The position numbers and the translations under genes are program-made. DNA of 64,000 nucleotides from Camelus ferus (lineage: Eukaryota), in the NCBI RefSeq assembly GCF_009834535.1, contig NC_045696.1:33296001-33360000 (forward strand). Reading direction: 5' to 3'. Every line of letters starts with the position of its first letter. Position 1 is the stretch's first letter. Shown one piece after another: positions 51,343 to 64,000 of the stretch. Under the pieces are notes generated by a model that made no database searches, was not told the DNA's origin, and worked only from the letters and a program-made list of their open reading frames with translations.

Positions 51343-53059
51343 AATTTTTAACTTGTAAAACCATCTTTTGAATATTATCAAAGGCATGTTTAGATGTCAT
51401 CAGATTATCTTTGGTGAAAAATACAAATTGTTTAAATAATTTTAAAAAATGACTCCTAGAATAAAGCTAGGGTGATCTTCAGCTAATTCTGTGTTATCTT
51501 TCCCTCAAGGATCAGAGTCCTGGATCTGTGTCATCCAGCATCTAAAAGGAAATGCTTTGTATATTTCATTCAGTTTATGTTTGCTCACAATGACGAGGTG
51601 AGTGTAGTATCAGTTGCTCTGACATGACTGACAGTGGAAGAAACCTTACACTGTGTTTTTAAGAAAATCACATCTAATTTTCCATAATGTTTCTTTTTGT
51701 TTCACAGGCTTGAGGGCATCTGTTCTCAATAAATATATATATACATTTTTAAAATTTAATGTATACTTTCACCTTTATTTTTTAATGTATAGAATTCATA
51801 AAAGGGGATGGTATTTCCATAACAATAAAAATAGCACATTTTAATTTTCTGAGTTTTGTTTGTCCTTTGATACAGATATTGCTACAGTAATAAAGGTCTA
51901 AGAAAGAAGGGGGAATGCCTTTCTTATCTTCAACTCGTCTGTGGATTTTGCTTATTTTCTTTTATAAATATTAGATATTGCGGTCAGGAAATTTTAATGC
52001 TCACTGATGATACTGAGTTTTCAGCTGTATTTTGATTAGCTTTGTTATAATCTATTGTGTTAATATTTTCATACCTATTCTTTTTTATCACTACTATCAA
52101 TATCACTGAATAGTTATGGTTAAAAACAATAGTCCAAACACAACTGTATAAATACTGCACTGAAGACAAAGATGACGATATTTGAAATTGTTGTGATGTG
52201 CAATACTAACATGACATGGTTTAATTTATTTTTCCATTGAGGAAAGATACGTTTAATTTTTAAAAGGTTGTTTGGAATGTGGATGTATGATATATAAAAC
52301 ATATGTTATTCTAATGTACAACATTTAAAAGTCAAAGTCAAAGTTTAGATAATTCTGTCCAATATTATTTTAATATATACATTTTATATTTAAAATAAAC
52401 ATAAATATCATATTTTGTATATATTTAATTTTATTAGCATTTATATTAATTACTCAGTGATGAATATTATTTTCCGGTTACTCAAATTTAGGCTTTGAAC
52501 AATTTTGACTTTAATGAGACATTTTAAGGGTAGTTTTCTGTTTAGACAATTTATATAAATTTTATACACTGTATTGCCCTTAAAATTTCAGGACACATTA
52601 CTTTTAACAATGAACTAATTATTCACTAAAGTTTGATTAATTAAACAGATTTGGAAGACCACTTCTTTTTAAAATTTAATTCAAATTTACATTGAATCCT
52701 AAAAACTGTCACCATCACTAGATAATTATTTTGGTGGGTGTGGAAATATAATACATTGGTTTTATTTAAATCCTATTCCAATCCTTTTTTGGGATAATTG
52801 AAATAATTCAAAAGAATTAATTCTAGTTAGGCAATTGATTTATAGAGTTGTATTTCTGAGTATTGTCTTTTTGCAGAATAAAATTATTTTTACTCTGAAT
52901 CTCCTTTAATGACTTTGAATTTTAAGTGAACTTTAATTTTAAATGTATTATTCAAGGGAAGAAGATTATTGACTCTTACAGTTACCTGTAAACTGGTATA
53001 TTATGTATTTTTCTTTTTAATAAGAAACAAAGTTATACTTCAGAAATATCATCTTATCC

Positions 53060-54310
53060 TCTGGTATTTATTTTGCCTTTTGTGCTTGTGCTTTCAGTAC
53101 TATATCTAAGAAGCTTTTCCCAACTCACAGTCACAAATATTCACTATTGTGTTTTCTTCTGTGATCCACTTGGAGTTAATTGTTTGTAAGCTGTATAGAA
53201 AGGGTTCAGTTTCTTTTGCATGTGGCTATTTAGTTGTCCAGGTATCATCTGACAAAAGACTATTTTCAGCCATTAATTTTTTCTTCTCCTTTTTTTCCCC
53301 TTCATTTCTCTCATTCCTCTCCTTCTGATGCTTCATTATTTGTATTTTGCTATTCTGGATGGTATCCCACAGATCTCTAAGATCCTGTTTATTTTTCCTC
53401 CATATGTTTTTCTCTCTGTTCTTCATGTTACATAATACATGCCAATCTATCTTCAAGCTAGCTTATTTTTAAATTTTACCGACTCAGATCTACTGTTGAG
53501 ATCCTTCAGTAAATTTTTCACTTTGGTTATTGTATTTTTCACCTCCAGAATTTCCATTTGACTCATTTTAATACCTTTTATCTCTTCATTGATATTCTCT
53601 ATTTGATGAGACCTTGTCATCTAACTCTTCATTTATTAGGTTTTTGCTTTAGTTTTCTAAATGTATTTATAATAGTTGCTTTGAAGTCTTAGTCTGCTAA
53701 GTCTGACATCCAGTCTCTCTCAGAAAGCATTTTTTCTGTTGTGTTTTCTTCCCCTAGTGTTGGATCACACTTTGCATGATTCATATTTTTTGTGATTGCT
53801 GTTGAAAGCTGGATATTTCAGATAACATAGTATGTAATTCTGGATACTGATACAGGCCCCCTCTCCAGAACTTTTTGTTGTTACTGTTTGCTGGTCGTGA
53901 ATTGGCTGGACTATTTCAGTAAAGTTAATTTCCCCCTTAGTGTGCAGCCTCTGATGTCACTCTCATAAGGCACAGCCTTGACCATGCTCACAATTATCCC
54001 AGATGACAACAGTTTTAGCAGGGCTCTGATTGCCTCTTCCCTGGTCTCTCTTAAATCTCTTTCATCATACCAAGATGTTACCCTCTACTGATCCCCAGCT
54101 GATTTATCTGTTATTTTCCATAATGCTCTGGGGCATTAATTGTTTTACAGTTTGATCCAATTAAATCTTAGCCTCTTTGCAAGGAAGTCTTTGACATCAG
54201 ACTTTGAGAGTTGTTCCAACCTCAGTAGAACTCTTAGCTTTTTTCTGTACTTCTCTTTATTAAAATTTTGGCTGCTCTACAGTTTAGTTTGTCACTCATA
54301 TGGAAACATT
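53060..54310 (-). mobile_element. Old L1M fragments (ORF2 piece, ORF1 and 5' region)
   Basis: ORF 53226-53456 encodes ORF1p-like QDLRDLWDTIQNSKIQIM...KKLMAEN; flanking antisense L1 motifs. Confidence 0.75.
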
Positions 54311-56041
54311 AGAGTAATTTTCACAGAGAGTAGTATGGTAAAGAATTATCTCCTGGAGGAATGAGAATATTTCCTGTCTAAAATGTGCACATACAGGATT
54401 GGCACTATAAATGTACATGTAGTCAAGTGACAAATTTAAGAGTACAGGATTTCATTTCATCATAAGAATAAGCATAGTTAGTGAAATTAGTTAATCAATT
54501 TTAGCTCTATTTGTATAAAACATAAGTGGCCTTAGACCTATATTAAAAATCTTTTTCTCTATAATATTTAATTTTTTACTGAATTCTATATAGAGGAGAT
54601 GTAAATGGCTATATTTTATAAATTTTTGCACTTTGCTACCAGATATATTGTTTGTAACTTCATATATATGTATATAATATTCATATTTGCATAGAATGAT
54701 ACTTTTAAGTAGGTCACCCTAAAAATTAAGGAACTACATTATAATATTCACATATCTTATAAGAAAGTTTGACCCCTCTAGGCAGTAATAGAGATTCTGA
54801 TACATTAATTTATAGTAAAAATTCATGGTATAATTTAGATAAAGCAAGGATGTGACTCAGATGAGCAAAGCACAGGCACTGCTTAGATATGATTTCTCTT
54901 ATGACTTGATGATGGGAGAGTTGCATTTGGGGATAAAATAATGATACACTAGCATAAAATGTTACAGATAATGACCAGAGAAACTATAAAATTAGTTTAT
55001 AATATTCTCTAAAATCATTTATTTGGCAATATTAACATCAAATATACTATGCAATGCCAGCATGCAATTAAATGCAATTCTGGTTTTTAAAATTTAAAGG
55101 CATACGGGTGTATGTAGAATCTATAATAATTTCTCTGTAGTAAACAAAGAATCTAGTTAAACATTAAAAACCAAAGCATCTGAAAATCTGCCTTATTAGC
55201 ACATTAATACTTTGTTGTAAATAGAATGAAATTATAGTTGCTTGTCAGGAATAGTGATGGATTGTTCGGAATAACATTCTGCCTCAGGCTGATCACTTCT
55301 TTTCAAGGATTTGATTTCTCATCCTATGATTCAGAAAGCTTAGTTGCCAAAAAACCCTAAGATAATCAGTTCTTAGCAGCTATACTTAAACAAAATTCAC
55401 AAGAAAAAGTTTTTACAGCTGAAGTCAATTAATTTCCAGTGACAGTTATACCCACCTCAGGTAAAATGCAATTCTCCAAATTCCCCAAAGAAATAATCCA
55501 GTACAATTATTTTGGATTAGTTAGGAGGCTATGGTCTCAAAATCTCTATTCCATACATTAGAGATGAAATTGAAAAAAAAATTGTTATGTGTATGAATAA
55601 TTTAATCAGAAAGTGGATTGTGACCACATTTAAATTCACTGGCATCCAAACTTTCAGGACTAACAGAGAAAATCTCTTTGGTGAAGTTGACAAAATTAAA
55701 AAAAATGGTAATTATAAGTGGATATCCAATTTCTAGAATTACATATATAGACCAGATTAAACAGCTAATATTGCCAAGTTAGCTGCGAGCTTAGTCTTTA
55801 TCATCTTGACATTGAGGTGCTGCTCAGGAATATTTTATTTGGTTAGAAGGAATGGACTCATGCAAATACCTTTTCAGTATGGGAATAAGGATTGTTACAC
55901 GGACGGACATACTTATAATATTAACAAAATATATACCACTGACCCAGGGAAATGTTTGGTTCTAGAAAGAGCCTAAGTCTTTCCTGTAATGTTTAACCAT
56001 TAATTTGGCTGTTTTCTCACTGATTCTTTCTCTTTAGCTAC

Positions 56042-56675
56042 TGTGCCACTTTTTAATTTATTGTATCTCAACTTCAAACACCTACTTCTATATATGTCTT
56101 TAACACTCAGGTTTAAACTCTGTAAGCCACTTTATCCCTTGCCACTTAGCTCCTAAGAAGTCTGTCAGTAGAAGACATTAGAAAGAGACAGAAAACTGAA
56201 CAAGAGGAGACTTCTTCCTTTTTGTTTCCTCTTTTCTTCCTGTACTTCCTGTCCCTGTTAGTGTCAGCCTACCCATTCGTGCTTACCAGGCCTGCAGTTC
56301 TTTCCTTCAGCAGCGATGAATCCAGTATGCAGATTTTCCAACACTTGCATGACTAGTTTAATGACTCCCCCATCAAAGACAAAACTACCCAAGAAGCTGG
56401 CATTACCTCATCAGGGATATGGGTCCCAGATCCATGAGGCCTCTCCTCTAAGCTTCAAACTTTAATAATTAGCAACCTCTTCCTTTTATTCTTGCAGTCC
56501 TAGGTAGCAGTTACTTTCTACAATTGTAACCTCTGTGAAAACTTGATATTTTTTTAGTTCCTTTTTAGTTAACTCATCAAAAATACATACTAAATTAAAA
56601 TTTTCTTATGTTAACTTCTCCCTATTCAAATGACGGGCATGGTTCCTGTCTCCTGACTGGACCCTGACTAATAAG
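56042..56675 (+). mobile_element. 5' LTR (LTR33-like)
   Basis: TGTGCCACTTTTTAATTTATTG start; end TTCCTGTCTCCTGACTGGACCCTGACTAATA; shares CTAAGCTTC...TTAATAATT...AACCTCTTCCTTTTAT with the 3' LTR. Confidence 0.75.
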
Positions 56676-59600
56676 AAATTTGTTGCAGCAAAGAACCCAT
56701 CAAGTACTATTTGGGAATTGTATTTGTCATCTTATTGGTCTTTAATGCAGTGCCATGTTGTTGGTTTTTTTTTTTTTTTGGCAATGAAAAATAGAATGTT
56801 AGCAATCCCTGACATGCATTATCATCTTAGATTCATTATCACATGTATGTCTTGAAATGCCTCCCGCACTAATTGCCTCAACAGACCAAATAGCTGCTAT
56901 ACTCTTCAATTATGGCAATTATGGCAGTGCCGAAGCCTGCGAGGTCTGCACTGCCCATCCGCTGAGTTCACTGAAATGTTGCCAGAAACAAAATGACATG
57001 CTCACATCTCTAAATTCTCAGGCCAAGTCACCATCAGCAAACATACACAGCTTCTGTGGCTACCATAAAGCAATCAGAGCCAATATGACTAAACTAAACA
57101 CAGACTTTCATTGCTCGGGTTGCAGAATTGCAGTGTAAGGTAAACGTACTGCCTTGTGATTATTTCCCATGCAGATTATGGCAATGACTATGGAGGTCTG
57201 ACCATCTAAACTTGAAAGGACTTGGAAGAAACTGAAGACCTTGAACTTCTCAGTCACTCTGAGCTTCTGGAAGCAGCTTCCCTTAACTTTCCTTGCTTGA
57301 ATATCCTATAATAATACTATTGAAGCAGTTTTATTGCAAAGAGCTGCTAATTTTATCTAAGAGTAACCCCCATAACATCTTGTTGTCTCATAAACAGGGA
57401 CATATTACAGCACATACTAGACAGACAAGTACAAAAAAACAGCCCAGGAGAAAATAGCTTATGTGGCAAAATAATTTGAAGATTTTGCTAAGTCATTTCA
57501 GAAGAAATCTGTGAAACGTGTGTGGGAATAGATTCTAAGAATGTTGGATGAATTAGGATAGGAAAAACACTGAATCTAGTCGAATTTATTGATAAGAATG
57601 TGCTTACCAGAGATTCTGGATTAATGTGTTAATTTGTACACCTGGAAATAGCTGTGATAGTTAACTTAGTTGATTAACTAAAGCTTAAACTCAACCACAG
57701 TCTGCATTTAAATGAGTGTGAGATGCTAAAACTTCCCCAAAATAATTAAGAGAAGGAAATGTAAGTAATTACAGTGTAAGAAATATCGTGGCATTTTCAT
57801 ATGTGATATACATTTCTACTGTCCCAATACAAACCCTCGTAGGACCTAGAAGCCTCTCCATGGATCAAGATATCAAGAAATATATTAGTGGGTGGAGCAT
57901 CAGAATCCTTGAAATGCTCTGTATTAGCTATTCTTTGTAGGACAGGTATGATGGTAGAGATAATGCAATAGAAATGAGCCTTCAATTTTAGTAGAGCTAA
58001 TTGGATACTGGAAACACAGTTGCTGTGTGACAGTGCTTAACCTTTTTTCACTGAAAAGGACAGTAGGGATAAAGTGGCAATTAGAAAGTTTTGATCTACA
58101 GGAATTTTGTTGGCAGTTAATTGACCATGATGTCTCTATCAATGAATATATACTCTGGTTACTACAAATTTACTTGATCTATATAACAACAACAACAAAA
58201 CTCCAAATATGGTAGCAAAAAAACTAAATCGATTCACCATGATAATAAATTATTGTTGTTCATCCAGTTTCTAGGAGTAAGCCAGTTTATAGGTCTAAAG
58301 AATGTGGATTGAAGGAGAGTCTAGATTCCCTTGAGGAAGGACCCTGCAACACTGCCACAAGTAGGTACTACAAGTATATGCTTCTTTCAAGCATACCCCA
58401 AAGAGGCTTGCATTTAATAGAGTGACTGCACTCTATGGAAACATAAATATCCATGCTTTTTGGAAATTGCTGGATACTTTCTCTGAATTATAACAAGTAA
58501 AAAGAATACAAAATCTTATATTTATTCATGGTCCACCAGCCAAAATAATATTTAATTCACATGACAAATAAGATTTTGACTTAATTTTTTTTATCACATT
58601 AAGCCCGATACGTTTGAGGTCTCATCCTATACTTATCTCTCCAGTTCCTGAATATGTAATAGAAAGAGTTGTAACTGGCAACTGACAGAATCCCCACATT
58701 TGCCATCTAAACAATGATATAGAGCCATTAAAGTAGGAAAGATGAAGTGAAAGACCCTAGAACTTCCTTTTCTTCCAAGATAGTAGACTAGACGCAGTGT
58801 CTCATTCTTAGAGTACTGTAGATATTAGGGTAAACATGGATATTCCATACAACATCACATTGTTCCACTAACATTATGGCTTATTGGGCTTTATGCACAA
58901 GAAGTAGCAAGAACTTTAGATTCCTCAGAAAGATGTATGTGGATGAGAGGGTATAGCAACCCTAAGACTACTTACAGGCTTGCTAATTTGAAGAAGTTTC
59001 TAAGAATACAAAGATCTGGAACATGTCATAAAATTTCCCTCACATTGAAAGACAAGTTGCAGGAAAATAACCATCAGAAAAGAAACACAATGCTTGATGG
59101 GCCTGTTGGATTTGGGAGCATCATATGCCTTACTTAAATGTGCTGTTTTAAACCATTTACCAAGTAACCTATAAGTCTGCCAGTTTTTAGTAAGAACCAG
59201 AGCAAGAAATGGCATAGCAGCTTGTAGGCTGAAGTCCAAGTTACTTGTCCACTTTGCCTTATGAATAAAAGATCTAATATGTTTCAGTGTCTGTGGCAAA
59301 GAGGGATGCAAGAATAATACTAGACTCACACTGAAGTCCTGTAGGGTTTCTGAGAAATCCATGTTCTCTTCTGCAAATAACAATTCACCCCTTTGAGACC
59401 TAGTTCCTTGCTTGCTCCTAAATCCTGGAACACACTAAACAATTAACCATAGGAGAAATGACTATTTACCTATGCCTCTTGTTATGAAATGACATTATCT
59501 GACTGACCAATAAGATTGGGCATATGTGAGAGCAGTCAATCACCAAGAGGAAATATAAAGACTCAGGCTTGAGAAAGTCTGGGAAGCATGTGTAAATTGA

Positions 59601-60249
59601 ATAAGTAAATGGCTCAAACTTCTTGGAGAATAATTTCTTTTATATTTCCTCTTTTTCTCAACTTATACCTATGGCTCTTTGGGAAATCCCCTATGAACAA
59701 TTGGCTAAAGAGTAAAACATCTAGGTCTAATTAATCGATCAGTCATAAGAACCTCACTCACAGGTGATCTTAAGAAAAAATTGGAAGGAAAATATTCTAA
59801 TGTTCAGAATTTCAAGTATTACATTTGGCTGTTTACTTTGTCTAGGGCAAGTGATGGCCAAAAGAACAAGTCTAGATTGATTCACAGTTAGTTGCTAATG
59901 ATTTTCCTGAACAGTTAGGAATTTGTAAAGAATGAGATTGGAAAATAAGTGACAGTGATGTCTGGGTAAGAGGTGTGTGGATGGGTCTGTCAGAGTGGGT
60001 ACAGAGTTTGAAAATAATTATGTCCTATTTGAATGCTCCCCAAAGGTCATCCATTGCAGAAGAGGTTCTTAGGTAGACAAAATGACACATTCAGTCAGCC
60101 TCTTTATCCAGCCACCAAATTCCTGCTCAGTGCATACATGGTAGCCATGATGGCAGGGATGGAGACTTCATGGGGCTCATCCCCACGTATGTCCTTCACC
60201 AATGGTAAACTACCCAGCTGCTGCCGAGTTCCTTATGCCAATAGCAGAG

Positions 60250-60612
60250 ACTGACAGTGAATGCTGGTATGGAACCATTCTCTGGGGTGATCAAACAACC
60301 CCTTGATGGCAGGTGTATCACACTGAGTCATTTCCATCAAGGAGGGGACAGAGCTTTATCCTCACAAGAATAGATATGTATTCTGGATATGGATATCCCT
60401 TCCCTGCCCTTAATGCTTCTGCCAACATCACTACACACAGATTTATGTTAAGGTTTATTCATCATCATGACATTTTACATAATATTGATTCTGGTCAAGA
60501 AACTTATTTCATAGCAAAAGAAGAGCAGCAAAGAGCTTTTGTACATGGAATTCATTGGTCTTAGCAGCAGCTGTCCTAATCCATAGATGGAAAGGCCTAC
60601 TGAAGACTCAGA
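60250..60612 (+). pseudogene. ERV-L integrase core remnant
   Basis: IDMYSGYGYPFPALNASANITT...HHHDILHNIDSGQETYFIAKEEQQRAFVHGIHWS resembles ERV-L IN as recalled (IDTYSGYGFAFPA...HGIPHSIASDQGTHFTAKEV...HGIHWS); disrupted. Confidence 0.88.
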
Positions 60613-60879
60613 GTGCCTATTTGGGGAAAAAAATCACAAATATTTAAAATATATTTAAATGAATAAATATTAAAAATATACCAAAAAAAAAAAAAAAAAG
60701 AATGAGGGTTTGTCTTTTAGGGCACAGCATAGGTTTTCATAATTAACCAACATATTTGCTGTCTCTTTTACATCCAGGGTACATAGGCCTGGGAATCAAA
60801 GAGAGGAAGTAGGAATGCTACTGAAATAGTTGACATCACAGAATTTTTGCTTTCCACGCTCTCAACTTTGACCTCTGCT

Positions 60880-61109
60880 ACTTTGGAAGGGCCTCCAAGG
60901 GAGGAGGATTTCCACCAGAGATACAGCCATGGTGCTATTTAGCCACAACTCGAGATGTCACCTGGCTCTCTTCTGCTTTCCACGCCACTGAACCATCGGT
61001 AAACCAGGTGGTTACTTTACTCACTGACGTGACTGATGTAGCTTACCAAGGGGCAAGTTGGGTGTTGCTACAAAATGGGAGCAGGAAAGGCTATATTTGG
61101 AACCCAGGG
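60880..61109 (+). pseudogene. ERV-L dUTPase remnant
   Basis: 61008-61109 reads VVTLLTDVTDVAYQGASWVLLQNGSRKGYIWNPG, versus the recalled ERV-L GVTVLAGVIDPDYQGEIGLLLHNGG..YVWNPG; position after IN is typical of ERV-L. Confidence 0.75.
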
Positions 61110-61907
61110 AATTTCTTGGAATGTCTCACAGTACTTCAACATAATAAGTACTTCATAATGTAAGTCAATGGAAAAATACAGCAATTTAAAAAATAAAAAC
61201 TGCTTAGGTTTTAGATCCTTCAAGAATGAAAATTAGAAGGTACCATGCTAAGAAAATAAGCAAGTCCTGATTAGCAGGAAGGCAAAGAAAATATAGAAGG
61301 AGCTCCAGAAAAAGGAAGTTATAAAATATTAGTTGTGGCCTAAAGACTGTGCTTAAGGGCAAAAGAAAAATGGAGTAAATAATGTAAGACTGAAGTTATA
61401 GACATCAAATAAGCCCTCAAGATTCATAACAGAAATGAGGAATTCCTTGCTTTATATATTTATGTTGGTATTTATATTTATATATTTTCTTACTTGTTTG
61501 CTGAATGTATGTGTGTGTATGTGTAATTTTTGTCTCTATCTTTCTTCCCCTCGTTATTTCTATCCAAATTTTGTAGAACGTTAAATTTATAACTCAATAT
61601 CAGGATTTACTACTCAGGTAAAGGATTTATAATTCAAGGAACAAAATATGCAGATGTGACTATAATTGAGTTTGAGGATAAATTAAAGTAGATCAAAGAT
61701 AGATAATGTGACAGTCTCCCAGACTCAGAAACAGTAACTGTTGAAGTTTTACACCTTTTTATTTCAGCAGAGTGTAAGAACATCTTCATTTGAATGAAAG
61801 ATAGTTGCATCTTATTAAGTGAACACATAAATAGTATTGCTGTTTTATGGAAGTTAAAATACATACAAAAGAGCATGTATGAAAGCTGAGAGGCCAAAGG
61901 AACAGAA

Positions 61908-62668
61908 TATAATAGTTATTAAGTTTTTCTTTGTCAGATTCAAACCCATCCTCTTATGCTCTGCTTTGTGATGCTGGAGTTGGGATTCTGCAGACCATGG
62001 ATCTGTTTTGCTGACTCTTTATTGGCTTCTGTCAACAAGGAGTTGAAAAAGAGTGGAAGGCTAGAGAAGGAAGAAAAGATATCCCTTCTTTGCCCTTAAT
62101 GCTTCTGCCAACATCACTACACAAATATTTCTGTTAAGGTTCATTCATCATCATTGTTCCTTCTTGGTTGCTTTCTGTCTACTTCTTGTCTCTGTGAGCA
62201 TGACCCTAGCAACGTTTAACCCAAGAAGCACACAGTTCCTTTCTATCAAAGAGGAATCAAGTTTGCAGTTTTTTCTGCATGCATAGACTCAGTCTGATCA
62301 TGCCCCACTCTGAGACACCAATAGTAGAGGCTAGAACCCCCTTCTTAAATGTCCCGCCTGCATAACAGGCAATTAAGTTTCTTCCTCCAAGGTCAGAAAC
62401 TTCAGTGACATCGTCTAACACCTCCTCCTCCTCAGAAGCCAGAGTTTCAGCTCTGTGGGGCTCCTTGTCTAAGCTTCTGTCTTAATAATTTAAACCTCTT
62501 CCTTTTATCCTCCAGTCTTAGGGGTGGTAGGTGTTTCACTTTAGCGATGATAAACTTAATATTTCTTCTTGTCTTTTAAGTTACCTTTGTATAGATTCTC
62601 TATTTAAATTCTCTCTGTTCAGGTATCTGGTGTGGTTAATTTCTTGTGACTAGACTTCGACAGAGGAT
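61908..62668 (+). mobile_element. 3' LTR (LTR33-like)
   Basis: Preceded by a decayed PPT (GAGAGGCCAAAGGAACAGAA); CTCTGCTTTGTGATGCTGGAG motif; homologous to 56042-56675. Confidence 0.75.
62078..62154 (+). repeat. Direct local duplicate of 60392-60468
   Basis: 77 bp, 6 mismatches, no gaps by manual alignment. Confidence 0.95.
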
Positions 62669-62949
62669 AGCGTTACCCACTGGATAGATTGTTTCCATTT
62701 GTCCAGCTGAAATTCCTGTAAGAAGGAATTTATTTGGCTTAGAATATCTTTTTCTGCTAGCATCCCACATTTTGACGGATCTTGGATTACGAGCCTACTC
62801 TTAAACATACCTCATGTAAATGAGGGTAATGCAGTAAAAAACACCCAGTACAACTCATGACCACCTAAGGCCATATTTTGAGTGAGGTCATAAATGGAGC
62901 ATCTTTTAAGAGGCTAGGAGCATATCAGGAACTGCGACTCACAAGTTTA

Positions 62950-63045
62950 GAATAAGCTACTCGCTCCTCACTTGCAGGGGAATTGTGGGCATTAAATGAA
63001 CTGTAGGCAAAAATGCCTTATATGGTAACTGGTATGTGTTTGGTG
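62950..63045 (+). mobile_element. MIR fragment
   Basis: CACTTGCAGGGGAATTGTGGGCATTAAATGA core-like. Confidence 0.45.
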
Positions 63046-64000
63046 TACTGTTCTTTAATTCTTTTATCTTTCAGTTTGTTGTGTACATGTAGGAACAGGT
63101 ATCTATTCACATATATTTTTTCCATAAACTTAAAGAACTAGTGTGGACAGAATGGAAGACATATGAGAGTCTTCAAGCCATTGGTGTGCACCATTGGCTG
63201 TTATCTCTTGGATGGTTATAAGTCCTGGGCCAAACTGATCTAGATACTGATTATACTCCTGGGAGATTGGATACTGGTGCCTCCAAACTAAACTCCAAAT
63301 AAATTACATATGTATCTGCTCTGCTTATAAACACTTGTTTAATCCTGATGCTCCAGAATTCCAAATGTGAAACAGGCATGACCTTTGGGTAATATTGTGA
63401 TTATGTCATGGGACTTTCCATTTTTAATAGTGAGGTCCATTAGCATCTATTTATGGGTCCATCAAAAGCACTGATAATTACTTTTTTTCAATTTTGACAA
63501 ATTAAAAAACAAACAGCCTTGCTAAAACTCTGTGCTTACTGCTTCAAGGAATGAGCAGTCAACAGTCTTTTAGAAGCTGCTCAATTTTGTGCCAAAGCCA
63601 TTCTTCTGAATGAACCGTACACAGTTCATTTCAGATATATTGATTTCACCGATTCTACTGCAGTGAAAAGATAAGGAAATGGGATATCAAGGTTTAATTT
63701 CTCAGTCAGTGAAGTCTTTAATAATTTCTAGAGGTTCTCCTTTATTGGATTTCAAACTCGGCTTTGCTTATTAGATTTATAGAGTTCTTTTCCTCCAAAG
63801 AACACAGAACTCGGTTCAAAGGCTTTGGAAATAGTAACATTTAATATAGTAAAAGTGAAAAGACACATATTAAAAATGAGAAGGTGCTGTGTAGGCAGGA
63901 GGGTTGGGATGAAACAGTAGAAAAACTAGGTAACAGAAAATTTGCAAATCCTGTCAAGGGTGTTTTTGCCAACTCTCTGAAAGACGGAAGAAGTAATAAT

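Larger units (their letters stand above)
56042..62668 (+). mobile_element. Decayed ERV-L provirus with both LTRs
   Basis: Two homologous LTRs flank ordered gag (VWE*ILRMLD, ~57520), protease (LLDTFSEL, 58467), RT remnant, integrase and dUTPase; no env seen. Confidence 0.85.

Noticed and set aside
59000..59383. 127-aa minus-strand ORF
   Set aside because: Antisense to the decayed ERV-L pol
56857..60564. Domesticated ERV-L gene (Fv1-like gag or integrase)
   Set aside because: All frames are broken by stops and frameshifts; protease (DTG to DTF), RT and IN catalytic motifs are degraded
62345..62425. Extra ~90 bp in the 3' LTR relative to the 5' LTR as a third templated insertion
   Set aside because: No local donor found; equally explained by a deletion in the 5' LTR
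63606..63635. Hairpin TCTGAATGAAC...GTTCATTTCAGA
   Set aside because: Short bulged stem with no other ncRNA hallmark
1..64000. CRISPR array, operon, numt, processed pseudogene or novel multi-gene system
   Set aside because: No repeat-spacer array, gene-dense region, or mitochondrial or mRNA-derived coding sequence recognised; content fits mammalian repeats plus unique non-coding DNA

Overview
AT-rich, CpG-poor mammalian genomic DNA, most likely from a camelid, based on two tRNA-Ala-derived SINEs of the camelid Vic-1 type and cetartiodactyl-type L1 3' ends. I see no intact protein-coding gene, functional RNA gene, CpG island or prokaryotic-type system. The supplied ORFs are chance ORFs or decayed L1/ERV frames. 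The window is intergenic or deep-intronic, and much of it is interspersed repeat: L1, L2, MIR, MaLR and ERVL/ERV1 LTRs, and hAT-Charlie MERs. It includes a decayed but structurally complete ERV-L provirus at about 56.0-62.7 kb (LTR-gag-pro-RT-IN-dUTPase-LTR). The most interesting signals are two local templated-insertion scars, each about 92% identical to its nearby donor. One is an inverted ~165 bp copy of 1980-2143 at 3140-3305, with a fold-back hairpin junction, serial mini-hairpins and flanking direct repeats. The other is a 77 bp copy of ERV-L integrase sequence inside the provirus's own 3' LTR. Repeat family names are from recall, not a database search, and most repeat boundaries are approximate.
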